Shown here piece after piece: positions 8,408-18,020 of a stretch of DNA of 45,240 nt. The stretch lies in the IMG/VR virus record IMGVR_UViG_3300045988_062454; one strand, written 5' to 3'. The notes below the pieces were generated by a model. It made no database searches and was not told the DNA's origin. It saw only the letters and a program-made list of their open reading frames with translations. The first letter of the stretch is position 1. Each line of letters opens with the position of its first letter. Source of the stretch: a virus. The position numbers and the translations under genes were made by a program.

Positions 8408-8443
8408 AAAAATCTGCAAGGTGAAAGCTTTGCAGATTTTTTC
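8408..8443 (+). terminator. rho-independent terminator
   Basis: The stem is atctgcaag / cttTgcagat, followed by tttttt. Confidence 0.6.
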
Positions 8444-8447
8444 ATTT

Positions 8448-8512
8448 CCCGGTGGGGTTTTCATAGGCGGGCATGGGCAACCCGCTGAACTCCTACCCAC
8501 CGGGAATTTTTT
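8448..8512 (+). terminator. long hairpin plus T-run (second terminator-like element)
   Basis: cccggtggg (8448..8456) pairs with cccaccggg (8496..8504). An inner gcggg/cccgc stem is present, followed by aatttttt. Confidence 0.5.
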
Positions 8513-8547
8513 CTTAGGACGGAAATTTGCAGAAAGGGGTTGTTGCT

Positions 8548-8961
8548 ATGAACGCAAGACAGAAGCGGTTTTGTGATGAATACCTGATTGATTGCAATGC
8601 TACACAGGCAGCAATCCGGGCGGGGTATTCTCCGAAAACTGCAAAGGTGACAGGGGCTAAAATGCTAACAAATGCTAACCTGAAAGCCTATATTGATGAA
8701 CAGCTTGAACGAATTCACAATGAAAAGACCGCTGATGCACAGGAAGTTCTTGAATACCTGACCGCTGTAATGCGGGGACAACATACGGAACAGACTTTGC
8801 AGCTTATCGGTGATGGTGTTCAAAAAATCGCTGATATTGACGTTTCCGCAAAGGAACGCTTGAAAGCCGCTGAACTGATTGGGAAGCGGTATGGTATGTT
8901 CAAAGATAATGTCGGGATTGACCTTGAACCCGTGGTTATTGTGAATGACCTGAAAGAATAA
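8548..8961 (+). CDS. terS: terminase small subunit
   Basis: MNARQKRFCDEYLIDCNATQAAIRAGYSPKTAKVTGAKMLTN is the Terminase_2 signature. ATG 8548 follows RBS aaagggg. Confidence 0.85.
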   Translation: MNARQKRFCDEYLIDCNATQAAIRAGYSPKTAKVTGAKMLTNANLKAYIDEQLERIHNEKTADAQEVLEYLTAVMRGQHTEQTLQLIGDGVQKIADIDVSAKERLKAAELIGKRYGMFKDNVGIDLEPVVIVNDLKE

Positions 8962-8973
8962 GGCGGTGATTGC

Positions 8974-10203
8974 ATGAAAGTATCATTGCAAGAAGCCGTT
9001 GGAAAGAACTATGCTGACTTTTGGAATTGTCGGCAGAGATACAGAGTTTGCAAGGGCAGCCGTGGATCAAAGAAAAGCAAAACTACCGCTTTGAATATGA
9101 TTTATCGCTTGTTTGAATATCCCGAAAGCAATGGTTTATGCGTTCGGCGGTATTCAAATACCTTGCGGGATTCTGTTTACAGTGATTTGAAATGGGCGAT
9201 TCATAAGTTGGGCTTTGACGGGTACTTTGATTGTACCGTGTCCCCCATGCAGATCACCCGCATAAAGACCGGGCAAAAGATTTTGTTCCGTGGGCTTGAC
9301 GATGGTTTGAAGATCACTTCAATTTCCGTTGATAAAGGTGTTCTATGTTGGGTGTGGATTGAAGAAGCCTATGAAATCACGAATGAGGATGATTTCAACA
9401 AGCTTGATTTGTCTATCCGTGGTGAAGTCCCGGAAGGGTATTTTAAGCAGATCACAATGACCTTCAACCCGTGGAGTGCAACAAGTTGGCTGAAAGCCCG
9501 CTTCTTTGATACCCCGGATGAAGATACCTTCACCAAAACTACCACATGGCAATGCAATGAATGGCTGGATGAAGCTGACCGCAACATTTTCTTGAAAATG
9601 AAGGTTCAAAATCCCCGCCGTTACCGCATTGAAGGTGATGGGGATTGGGGTATTGCGGAAGGGCTGATCTATACCAATGTTCGGGTTGATGATTTTGATA
9701 TTGATGAAATCCGAAAAATCAAGGGTATCAAGGCAGCCTTTAACCTTGACTTTGGTTTTACTGATCCGAACGCCTTTGTGTGTGAAATGGTGGATAACGC
9801 TGCAATGCGTATCTACATTTTCGATGAATGGTATAAAACAGGCGTTACCAACAAAACCATAGCTGAACAGATTAAAAAAATGGGCTATGGTGGGCAGCGC
9901 ATTGTTTGCGATTCAGCAGAGCCAAAGAGCATTGCCGAATTGCAGGATGAAGGTATCAAGGCTGAACCTTCCCGCAAGGGCAAGGACAGTGTGAACCACG
10001 GTATTCAGCTTATACAGAACTATGAAATTGTGGTTCACCCACGATGTACAGAGTTCTACAAAGAAATCAGCAATTATTGTTGGGCGAAAGATAAAGACGG
10101 GAAATTGACCGATAAGCCGGATCACGAATTTTCGCATGGTATGGATTCCATGCGGTACGGTGTTTCTAAGCTTCTTCTGCCTGACACATTCAGTTTTGAT
10201 TGA
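8974..10203 (+). CDS. terL: terminase large subunit (PBSX-type)
   Basis: Walker A is KGSRGSKKSKTTA. The C-terminal nuclease region has DHEFSHGMDSMRY. Position and size fit. Confidence 0.9.
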   Translation: MKVSLQEAVGKNYADFWNCRQRYRVCKGSRGSKKSKTTALNMIYRLFEYPESNGLCVRRYSNTLRDSVYSDLKWAIHKLGFDGYFDCTVSPMQITRIKTGQKILFRGLDDGLKITSISVDKGVLCWVWIEEAYEITNEDDFNKLDLSIRGEVPEGYFKQITMTFNPWSATSWLKARFFDTPDEDTFTKTTTWQCNEWLDEADRNIFLKMKVQNPRRYRIEGDGDWGIAEGLIYTNVRVDDFDIDEIRKIKGIKAAFNLDFGFTDPNAFVCEMVDNAAMRIYIFDEWYKTGVTNKTIAEQIKKMGYGGQRIVCDSAEPKSIAELQDEGIKAEPSRKGKDSVNHGIQLIQNYEIVVHPRCTEFYKEISNYCWAKDKDGKLTDKPDHEFSHGMDSMRYGVSKLLLPDTFSFD

Positions 10204-10395
10204 CATTTCCGGGCAGGATGTACAGTATCAGCAGCTTTTGACTGTCAAATACCTGACCTCCGGGGCGGTTTACTGGATGCCGCCTATGGTGCTTGCATAA
10301 CTGCCCTTCAATAACAAATTAGTATCAAACGCCCTTGGAAAGCTTGTGTTTCCGGGGCTTTGTCTTTATTACGCAATAGAAAGGGGTGAAATGAA

Positions 10396-11925
10396 GTGTT
10401 TGGCTTTGTCGGAAACATGGCTTTGCGTGTGTCAAATTGGGCTTTGCAAGGTGTTCATGGAAAAATGCACGATAAAGAATTCCTTGAACGGGAAATTGAA
10501 AAGTGGAAAAACAGCCCGCAGCGTATCATGCAGATCAAAGGTCATTTGTACTATGATAATGAACACGACATTTTAACCCGCAAAAGAACCATGATCGGTG
10601 AAGATGGCAAGCTGCAAGTGGTTGATAATCTTCCGAATAATCGGGTGATTGATAATCAGTATGCAAAGCTTGTCAATCAGAAAGCAAATTATCTTTTGGG
10701 ACAACCTTTTGCCATTGATTGTAATAATGAACAGTACGTTGAACTTTTGAAAAAGGTTTTCAACAAGCGATTTATGAAAACAATCAAGAACGCTGGAAAG
10801 GCTATGATGAACAGCGGTATTTGCTGGCTTTATCCGTATTATACGGAAACGGGGGAATTTTCCTTCCGTCTGTTCCCCGGATATGAAATTCTTCCCTTTT
10901 GGAAGGATAACGAACACACAATCCTTGATTATGCGGTGCGCCTGTATTTGGTGGTTGGGTATGAAGGTATATCCCCCGTGGTAATTGAAAAGGTTGAAGT
11001 GTACGATTTAGACGGGGTACATAGGTTTATTTTAGATGGTGGTGTGCTAATCCCTGATGTTGTCAATCAGGAAAACTCTGATTCTTACCACGTTATGACT
11101 ATGAATGAAAACGGGGAAGTTCAGGGCTTTAACTGGACACGGGTTCCGCTTATCCCGCTGAAATACAATGAACAGGAAACCCCGCTGATAAAAAAGGTGA
11201 AATCTTTGCAGGACGGTATCAATATTATGCTGTCTGACTTTGAAAATGGTATGCAAGAGGACACCCGAAACACTATTCTTGTTCTGAAAAACTATGATGG
11301 CACGAATTTAGGGGAATTCCGGCGCAACCTTGCCACTTTTGGGGCGGTGAAGGTTCGCTATGATGGGGAAACCAAAGGCGGGGTTGAAACCCTTGAAATT
11401 ACCGTCAATTCCGAAAACTACAAGGCTATTTTGGAGATATTCAAAAAGGCTATCATTGAAAACGGCATGGGGTATGATGCCAAAGATGATAGGTTGTCCG
11501 GCAATCCTAATCAGATGAACATTCAATCAATGTATTCTGATATTGATTTGGATGCTAACGATATGGAAACCGAACTGCAAGCGGCTTTTGAAGATGTGCT
11601 TTGGTTTGTAAACGCTTATCTTGCCAATTCCGGTTATGGGGATTTTGAAGGGGAAGATGTGAATATCATTTTCAACCGGGATATTCTCATAAACGAAAGT
11701 GAAGCCATTGATAATTGTGCAAAATCCGTTGGTATTCTTTCGGATGAAACCATCATTGGTATGCACCCGTGGGTGGATGATGTGCAGAAAGAAATGGATA
11801 GGCTTGAAGAACAGAAGCAAAAGGAAAAAGAGGAAGCAGAAGCCAATGCTTATAATCCTTTTGCACCGAACCCGCAGCAGCAAGGGGCTTCACAGCAAAA
11901 AGGCGGTGAAGTAGATGAAGAATAG
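10396..11925 (+). CDS. portal protein (SPP1 gp6-like)
   Basis: 509 aa, follows terL. It has a GTG start after aaagggg and an acidic or Gln-rich C-terminus. Confidence 0.8.
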   Translation: MFGFVGNMALRVSNWALQGVHGKMHDKEFLEREIEKWKNSPQRIMQIKGHLYYDNEHDILTRKRTMIGEDGKLQVVDNLPNNRVIDNQYAKLVNQKANYLLGQPFAIDCNNEQYVELLKKVFNKRFMKTIKNAGKAMMNSGICWLYPYYTETGEFSFRLFPGYEILPFWKDNEHTILDYAVRLYLVVGYEGISPVVIEKVEVYDLDGVHRFILDGGVLIPDVVNQENSDSYHVMTMNENGEVQGFNWTRVPLIPLKYNEQETPLIKKVKSLQDGINIMLSDFENGMQEDTRNTILVLKNYDGTNLGEFRRNLATFGAVKVRYDGETKGGVETLEITVNSENYKAILEIFKKAIIENGMGYDAKDDRLSGNPNQMNIQSMYSDIDLDANDMETELQAAFEDVLWFVNAYLANSGYGDFEGEDVNIIFNRDILINESEAIDNCAKSVGILSDETIIGMHPWVDDVQKEMDRLEEQKQKEKEEAEANAYNPFAPNPQQQGASQQKGGEVDEE

Positions 11926-14416
11926 TGATTACTGGAAGCAGCGTTTTGAACAGCTTGAAATTGCACAGAACCAAATAGGCGGTTCAGCCCTTGGGGAAAT
12001 CGTGCAGCAGTACAATGAAGCCCAAAAGCAGATTGAAGGTCAGATTGCCCGGTGGTATCAGCGTTTTGCCGATAACAACGGGATCACGATGGCAGAAGCC
12101 CGCCAATGGCTTTCCGCTTCTGACCTGAAAGAACTGAAATGGGATGTTCAGGAATATATCAAGTACGGTCAGGACAACGCCTTAATGGGTGGATGGATGA
12201 AGGAATTGGAAAATGCTTCGGCAAAGTACCATATTTCTAAGCTTGAAGCCCTGAAAATTCAGACACAGCAAAGCCTTGAAGTTATGTTTTCAAAACAGCT
12301 TGGGACTATGACCGGGGCAATGCAGGATGTTCTTGAAAGTGGCTATTTCCATACAATCTATGAACTTCAAAACGGATTCGGTATTGGGTGGGATATTGCA
12401 GGACTGGATCAGAAGCAGATTGAAAAGGTGCTTAGTAAACCTTGGGCGGCTGACGGTTACAATTTTTCTGATAGGATTTGGAACAATAAGCAAAAGCTGA
12501 TTTCAGAGGTTCACAGCGAACTTACCCAAAATATCATGCTTGGGGCTGATCCGCAGAAAGCCATTGATTCCCTTGCAAAGAAGATGAAAACTTCTAAGAA
12601 CAACGCCGGGCGGCTTGTTATGACGGAAGAAGCTTATTTCAGTTCCGTTGCACAAGGGGAAGCGTTCAATGAACTTGATGTTGAACAGTATGAAATCCTT
12701 GCAACGCTGGATTCCCACACTTCGGAAATATGCCGCAGCCTTGACGGGCAAGTGTTTCCTATGAAGGATTATGAAGCAGGTGTTACCGCCCCGCCATTTC
12801 ATGTTTATTGCCGTTCAACTACGGTTCCGCATTTTGATGAAAACTTCGGTCAGATTGGGGAACGGGCGGCGAGGGATGAAGAAACGGGCAAAACCTACTA
12901 CATTCCCGATGATATGAATTATCAGGACTGGAAGAAAACCTTTGTGGATGGCGGCGATAAGTCCGGCTTTGATGTGGTAGACGATGGTTCAGCCCTTCAC
13001 TACTCACACCACAAAGAGCCTGAACAGCCCAAACCTAAGAAGGAATATCTGACAAAGAAGAAGCTGCAAGCCTATATTGCGGGTGCGGAAGCTGATATTG
13101 AAGATTTGGAAAACCAATTCAATCAGCAGACAAGCGGCTTGATTTCTTGGGAAGATTTCAAGAAGGACTACGGCGGGGATTATTCCGCTATATCCTATGA
13201 CGGCGCAGAGGAAAAAGCCTTGAAAGCGATTGGGGATCAGATTGAAGCCCTGAACGCTCAAAAGGCAGAGTGGCAAGAAAAGCTGAATGAAAAGCTGGTA
13301 AAGGAACAGAAAAAAGCCCTTGCCAAACAGCAGCTTGATTTGGAAGCGCAGAAAGCCGCCTTGCAGCAGAAGCTTGATGATTTTGAGGTCAAAACCTATT
13401 CCGGCATTTGGAAGGATGATAAAACAACCGCTGATTGGGCTTCCCTGAATATTGAAGGCAAGAAGAAATACTATGAAGGGAAGTTCATTACTGAAAGTGA
13501 TCCTGACCTGATGAAGAAATATCAGGATTTGTACAATCAGCTTCAAGAGCTGGACACAGAGGGTAAAGCCTATGCGGATATTCAGAAAGAATTGCAGCAG
13601 GTCAATAAGCAGATCAGCAAAGTTCAATCTGATTTGAAAAAACTTGAAACTGATGGTATAATTGAATCGGTAGACGATGCCTTTTCGCAGGAAAGAAAAG
13701 ACGCTGCAATGTGGGCTAAGTCAACCAAAGAAGCAGATGCCCTTTTGCGTGATACTTGCGGTGAGGTGTGGCGCACTTCCCCGCCCATACAGAAAAATGC
13801 TATCTACGATTACACCCAAAGTTACCACAAATTCAATGAACCTTTGCGGGGCATTGAATACGGCAGCGAAAAGTTCTTAGGCGTTGGCAATGTGGATTTG
13901 GATCAAATCGGCGTGAAGTATGCTGGATGGCAGCCGGGTGCAATGCGGAAGGAAATCAACGCTATGACTGACATAATCGAAAAATCAACCTATCAGGAAG
14001 ATTTTTGGTTGCAGCGTGGTTGTAGATTTAAGGGCATGGATAAGTTCTTCAATGTTCCGATGGATAAATTGCAGCGGGCAACACAAGATGAATTGGAAGC
14101 CTTGCTTTTGGGTACTACACCCACAGAATACGGCTTTTGTTCATGCGGCGTTGCAAAGGGCAAAGGATTCAGCGGTGATATTATCCTGAATATCTACGCC
14201 CCTTCCGGCACTCAAATGATGTATGTTGAACCATTTTCCGCATTTGGTAATGGTTCGGGCAAGTCTTGGGATGGTATTGCAAAGCAATCTTCTTTCGGGC
14301 AGGAATCGGAAATCATCTTGCAGCAAGGAACAACCTTCCGTGTTACAAAGGTTGAGAAAACACCCGGCATGATATACATTGATCTTGAGGTCATAGGGCA
14401 AAACCCGCAGCGATAG
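11915..14416 (+). CDS. MuF/SPP1 gp7-like minor head protein fused to a C-terminal ADP-ribosyltransferase (R-S-E class) domain
   Basis: The MuF motif is LDSHTSEICRSLDGQVF...APPFHVYCRSTTVP. A long coiled coil follows. The C-terminus then has IYDYTQSYHKFNEPLRG, FWLQRG (Arg), GFCSCG (STS-like) and GQESEIILQQGTTF (ExE). Confidence 0.8.
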   Translation: MKNSDYWKQRFEQLEIAQNQIGGSALGEIVQQYNEAQKQIEGQIARWYQRFADNNGITMAEARQWLSASDLKELKWDVQEYIKYGQDNALMGGWMKELENASAKYHISKLEALKIQTQQSLEVMFSKQLGTMTGAMQDVLESGYFHTIYELQNGFGIGWDIAGLDQKQIEKVLSKPWAADGYNFSDRIWNNKQKLISEVHSELTQNIMLGADPQKAIDSLAKKMKTSKNNAGRLVMTEEAYFSSVAQGEAFNELDVEQYEILATLDSHTSEICRSLDGQVFPMKDYEAGVTAPPFHVYCRSTTVPHFDENFGQIGERAARDEETGKTYYIPDDMNYQDWKKTFVDGGDKSGFDVVDDGSALHYSHHKEPEQPKPKKEYLTKKKLQAYIAGAEADIEDLENQFNQQTSGLISWEDFKKDYGGDYSAISYDGAEEKALKAIGDQIEALNAQKAEWQEKLNEKLVKEQKKALAKQQLDLEAQKAALQQKLDDFEVKTYSGIWKDDKTTADWASLNIEGKKKYYEGKFITESDPDLMKKYQDLYNQLQELDTEGKAYADIQKELQQVNKQISKVQSDLKKLETDGIIESVDDAFSQERKDAAMWAKSTKEADALLRDTCGEVWRTSPPIQKNAIYDYTQSYHKFNEPLRGIEYGSEKFLGVGNVDLDQIGVKYAGWQPGAMRKEINAMTDIIEKSTYQEDFWLQRGCRFKGMDKFFNVPMDKLQRATQDELEALLLGTTPTEYGFCSCGVAKGKGFSGDIILNIYAPSGTQMMYVEPFSAFGNGSGKSWDGIAKQSSFGQESEIILQQGTTFRVTKVEKTPGMIYIDLEVIGQNPQR

Positions 14417-14431
14417 AAAGAAGGTGATTGA

Positions 14432-14659
14432 ATGGCTGAAAAGAAATCTTTGGAAGAACGGTATGCGGATGAAGTATTGAGCGACAACACGCAGATTGAA
14501 AAGTACCGTCAATGTAAAAATTGTATATTCAGGGATGGCGGCACAGTCTATTCAAACCACTATCAGAAAGGTTGTTGCCGGATGTACCCTTATCCGCAGT
14601 TCAAGCCTTATGAAGTGATGATGAATCAAATTCGATGTGAATACTACGAAAAGGAATAA
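14432..14659 (+). CDS. small Cys-rich protein (possible partner or immunity for the MuF toxin domain)
   Basis: 75 aa with the pattern CKNC...GCC...C. It sits immediately downstream of the MuF-ART gene. Confidence 0.4.
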   Translation: MAEKKSLEERYADEVLSDNTQIEKYRQCKNCIFRDGGTVYSNHYQKGCCRMYPYPQFKPYEVMMNQIRCEYYEKE

Positions 14660-14696
14660 GCACTTTTGAAAGTTTATTTTCAAGGGTGCTTTTTTC
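14659..14696 (+). terminator. rho-independent terminator
   Basis: agcacttttgaaa / ttttcaagggtgct (with G-U pairs) is followed by tttttt. Confidence 0.6.
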
Positions 14697-14865
14697 ATGC
14701 TTATTTTTAGGTAATAAATGTATCAAAGACTTTATTTCAGCCTGTATATAGGCATTATATAAGGTCGAATTTTTGAAGAAAGGGGGTTATTTCCGTGACT
14801 ATTGGCTTTCGCACTTAGAAAGGAACGGTGATCCGATTATCTCCCAACTATGGGTTAAATAGTGC

Positions 14866-14888
14866 AGCACCCTTGCGGGTGCTTTTTC
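14866..14888 (+). terminator. rho-independent terminator inside the 14.7-15.0 kb gap
   Basis: agcaccc-ttgc-gggtgct is followed by ttttt. Confidence 0.5.
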
Positions 14889-14981
14889 TTCGCCTTTTTT
14901 GCATTGCAGGCGGTAAAGAACAAGATTCATTCGTGGTTCGTCACCCACGGTAAACAACGGAAATGAAAGGATGGTACAAAC

Positions 14982-15569
14982 ATGAATAAAGAAGATTTGA
15001 TTGCAATGGGTTTGACAGAGGAACAGGCAAAGAAGGTAATGGATTCCCTTGATGGAAACTATGTCACCAAAACCCGATTTAATGAGGTCAACGAGGAAAA
15101 CAAGACTTTGAAAAAGTCCGTTTCTGATAGGGATAAGCAGCTTGAGGATTTGAAAAAGTCCAGCGGCGACAACGAGGAACTGAAAAAGCAGATTGAAACT
15201 TTGCAGCAGGAAAATGCTAATCAGAAAAAGGCGCATGACGCAGAAATGACACAGCTTCGCCTTGACAATGCCATTGATGCAGCTTTAACGGCGGCGGGGG
15301 CTAAAAATATCAAGGCAGTTCGTGCGCTGATCGACACTTCCAAAGTGAAGGTTGGGGAAGATGGTAAGCTGACAGGGTTTGATGATCTTCTTTCGGCAGT
15401 TCAGAAATCGGATTCTTACCTGTTTACTGAAAAACAGCAGAAGCAGAACTTCAAAGGATTTCAGCCGGGAGCTTCCGGCAATGTGAAGCCGGGAACTAAG
15501 GTGGATATGTCTAAAATGACCTATGAGGAATTGGCAAATTACATTGATCAGAACCCCGATGCTGAATAA
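14982..15569 (+). CDS. scaffolding protein (GP20-like)
   Basis: MNKEDLIAMGLTEEQAKKVMDSLDGNYVTKTRFNEV plus a coiled coil. It lies upstream of the capsid gene. Confidence 0.7.
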   Translation: MNKEDLIAMGLTEEQAKKVMDSLDGNYVTKTRFNEVNEENKTLKKSVSDRDKQLEDLKKSSGDNEELKKQIETLQQENANQKKAHDAEMTQLRLDNAIDAALTAAGAKNIKAVRALIDTSKVKVGEDGKLTGFDDLLSAVQKSDSYLFTEKQQKQNFKGFQPGASGNVKPGTKVDMSKMTYEELANYIDQNPDAE

Positions 15570-15597
15570 TTCATTTCAAAGAAAGGATTGAAAGATA

Positions 15598-16725
15598 ATG
15601 GCAAAATTTGATGCGAAAAGCTTTAACGAAAAAGCTTTCGGGAAGTATATGTCTGCTATCCCGAATGTGAAGCTGAATAAGCTTAGAGAATCCCGTGCAG
15701 TTATTACAGATCAGCGTTTGCGTGACGCTTTTCTTAATCCCGGTCAGACTGGTACTGTTTATGCAGTCCTTCCCTATTTTGGGCTGATTGGTGGGGATGC
15801 ACAGAACTATGACGGTGTAAGCAATCTTACCCCCGGTAGCACGGACACCTTTGAACAGGGTGTATTTACTTATGGTCGCATGATGGGCTGGACAGAAGCG
15901 GATTTCAGCTATGATGTGACTGGCGGCGTTGATTTTATGGCAAATGTCAGAAATCAGATCACCCGCTATTGGAATGACAGGGATCAGGACACGATTCTTG
16001 CCATTCTAAAAGGCATTTTCGCTATGCAGGCAACCGGTACGGGCAATGTCAAGACCGCCAATGCCGCTTTTGTAAGTGAACACACTTATGATATTTCTTC
16101 CGCTGGCGCACCTTCCACCACAGACGCTATGAAGATGGATGCAACCACCCTGAATAGCGCAATTCAGAAGGCTTGCGGCGATAACAAGCAGAAGTTCAGC
16201 CTTGTTATTTGTCATTCCGTTGTGGCAACCAACCTTGAAAACCTGAAACTGCTTGCTTATCTGAAATATACGGACGAACAGGGCATTGAGCGTGATCTTG
16301 GTATGGCAACTTGGAACGGCAGAACCGTTCTGATTGATGATTCTATGCCTGTTGAAAATGTGGATGCTGTTGAGGAAAGCGGTACACCCGGCGAGGGGAG
16401 TTATGTTGCAGCGCAGGATGCTTACACCAAATACACTACCTATGTTCTTGGTGAGGGCGCAATCAGCTTTGAGCCTGTCGGTGCAAAAGTGCCTTATGAA
16501 ATGGTGCGTGACGCAAAAACCCGTGGTGGTGAAGATACGCTTATTTCCCGCAGACGCAATGCTGTTGCGATTGCAGGCGTTTCTTACCTGAAAGCTTCGC
16601 AGGCAACAAACAGCCCCACGAACACCGAACTTGAAAACGGTAAAAACTGGTCGCTGGTAAGCAACGGTACTGATTGTATTGCGCACAAGGCAGTACCGAT
16701 TGCAAGGATCATTTCCAGAGGGTAA
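15598..16725 (+). CDS. major capsid protein
   Basis: 375 aa, follows the scaffold gene, with a strong RBS. Assigned by position and size. Confidence 0.75.
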   Translation: MAKFDAKSFNEKAFGKYMSAIPNVKLNKLRESRAVITDQRLRDAFLNPGQTGTVYAVLPYFGLIGGDAQNYDGVSNLTPGSTDTFEQGVFTYGRMMGWTEADFSYDVTGGVDFMANVRNQITRYWNDRDQDTILAILKGIFAMQATGTGNVKTANAAFVSEHTYDISSAGAPSTTDAMKMDATTLNSAIQKACGDNKQKFSLVICHSVVATNLENLKLLAYLKYTDEQGIERDLGMATWNGRTVLIDDSMPVENVDAVEESGTPGEGSYVAAQDAYTKYTTYVLGEGAISFEPVGAKVPYEMVRDAKTRGGEDTLISRRRNAVAIAGVSYLKASQATNSPTNTELENGKNWSLVSNGTDCIAHKAVPIARIISRG

Positions 16726-16744
16726 GAGAAAAGGCGGTGATTCT

Positions 16745-17134
16745 ATGCTGGAACGGGTTAAAACCCGCTTGCAGTCTTTCGGGTATGTGATGAAAGATGG
16801 GGATGAAGTCATTTTGATTTTCTCCATTGAGAAAGTCACGAATACTATTAAGAATGATTGCAATGTGTCTGAAATCCCTGACGGCTTAATGAACATCGCT
16901 ATTGATATGGTAGTAGGCGAATTCTTAACGGTGAAGAAAACTTTTTCACCGAATGACATTGCAGGGCTTGATTTGGATTATGCGGTAAAGCAGTTACAGG
17001 AAGGGGATAAAAATACGGTGTTTGCAACCGGGGAAGGAAGTTTGACCGCTGAACAGCGGTTGAACAATCTTTTGAACTATCTTCTAACCTATGGGCGGGA
17101 CGAATTTTCTTGTTACAGGCGGATCAGATGGTGA
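16745..17134 (+). CDS. head-tail connector (gp6-like)
   Basis: ATG 16745 follows aaaggcggtg. Assigned by position after the capsid gene. Confidence 0.5.
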   Translation: MLERVKTRLQSFGYVMKDGDEVILIFSIEKVTNTIKNDCNVSEIPDGLMNIAIDMVVGEFLTVKKTFSPNDIAGLDLDYAVKQLQEGDKNTVFATGEGSLTAEQRLNNLLNYLLTYGRDEFSCYRRIRW

Positions 17135-17514
17135 ACGCATTAGAAGCTGCACGAAAAGCGGCGAAAAAGGCGCACGAAAACCTGTACTACAACGGATTGT
17201 GTACGATTGTTGAATATGGCAGTGTTACCGATCCAGTAACCAAACGAACCACCCAAAAGGAAATAACCGTTATCGAAAATCAGCCCTGTAATTTGTCATT
17301 TGAAAAAATCAGTGCCGTTGTTCAGACGGACACGGCGGCGGCAGTTTCGCAAGGCACAAAGCTTTTCCTGTCACCTGAAATCAAAGTGAAATCAGGTTCA
17401 AAAATTATTGTGGAACAAAACGGTATAAAAACCGAATATTCCGCAAGCAGCGAACCCGCCATATATCCCGAACATCAGGAAATCATGCTTGAACTTTTCA
17501 AGGGTTGGGCTTAA
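17128..17514 (+). CDS. head-tail joining protein (hypothetical)
   Basis: Overlapping start (ATG 17128). Assigned by position in the connector cluster. Confidence 0.4.
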   Translation: MVNALEAARKAAKKAHENLYYNGLCTIVEYGSVTDPVTKRTTQKEITVIENQPCNLSFEKISAVVQTDTAAAVSQGTKLFLSPEIKVKSGSKIIVEQNGIKTEYSASSEPAIYPEHQEIMLELFKGWA

Positions 17515-18020
17515 TGGCTTCTAAAATGGGCGGGTTTTCAACGGCAGGAATGAAAAAGCTTCAAAAGCAGTTGAACAAATTGCAGCAATCAGAGGTTGAA
17601 GCCTTTGTTGATTCGTGTGCTAAGGAACTTGCCGCCCGTCTGCTTGCCAAAGTCATAAAGCGTACACCCGTTGGGGATTATCCGAAAGGATCAGGCAAAA
17701 AGGGCGGTACACTTAGGCGTGGGTGGACTTCAAAAACCCATGAGGAAGCCGCAGGCGGAACGGGTAAAGGTTCGATTGCGGCGGGGAAAGCCTACGCTGA
17801 TTCCCTGAAAGTGAACCACTTTGGGAACTTCCTTGTGGTTGAGATTGTAAACCCTGTTGAATATGCTTCTTATGTGGAGTTTGGACACAGGACAGCTAAC
17901 CATGAAGGATGGGTTCAAGGTCGGTTCATGCTGACGATTTCAGAAGGGGAAATTCAGGATATTGCCCCGCAAGTGCTTGAAGCCAAAATCAAAAAATTCT
18001 TAGGGGGCGTGATGAAGTGA
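17514..18020 (+). CDS. HK97 gp10-like tail-component protein
   Basis: It has AKELAARLLAKVIKRTPVGDY...GGTLRRGW. ATG 17514 overlaps the previous TAA. Confidence 0.6.
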   Translation: MASKMGGFSTAGMKKLQKQLNKLQQSEVEAFVDSCAKELAARLLAKVIKRTPVGDYPKGSGKKGGTLRRGWTSKTHEEAAGGTGKGSIAAGKAYADSLKVNHFGNFLVVEIVNPVEYASYVEFGHRTANHEGWVQGRFMLTISEGEIQDIAPQVLEAKIKKFLGGVMK

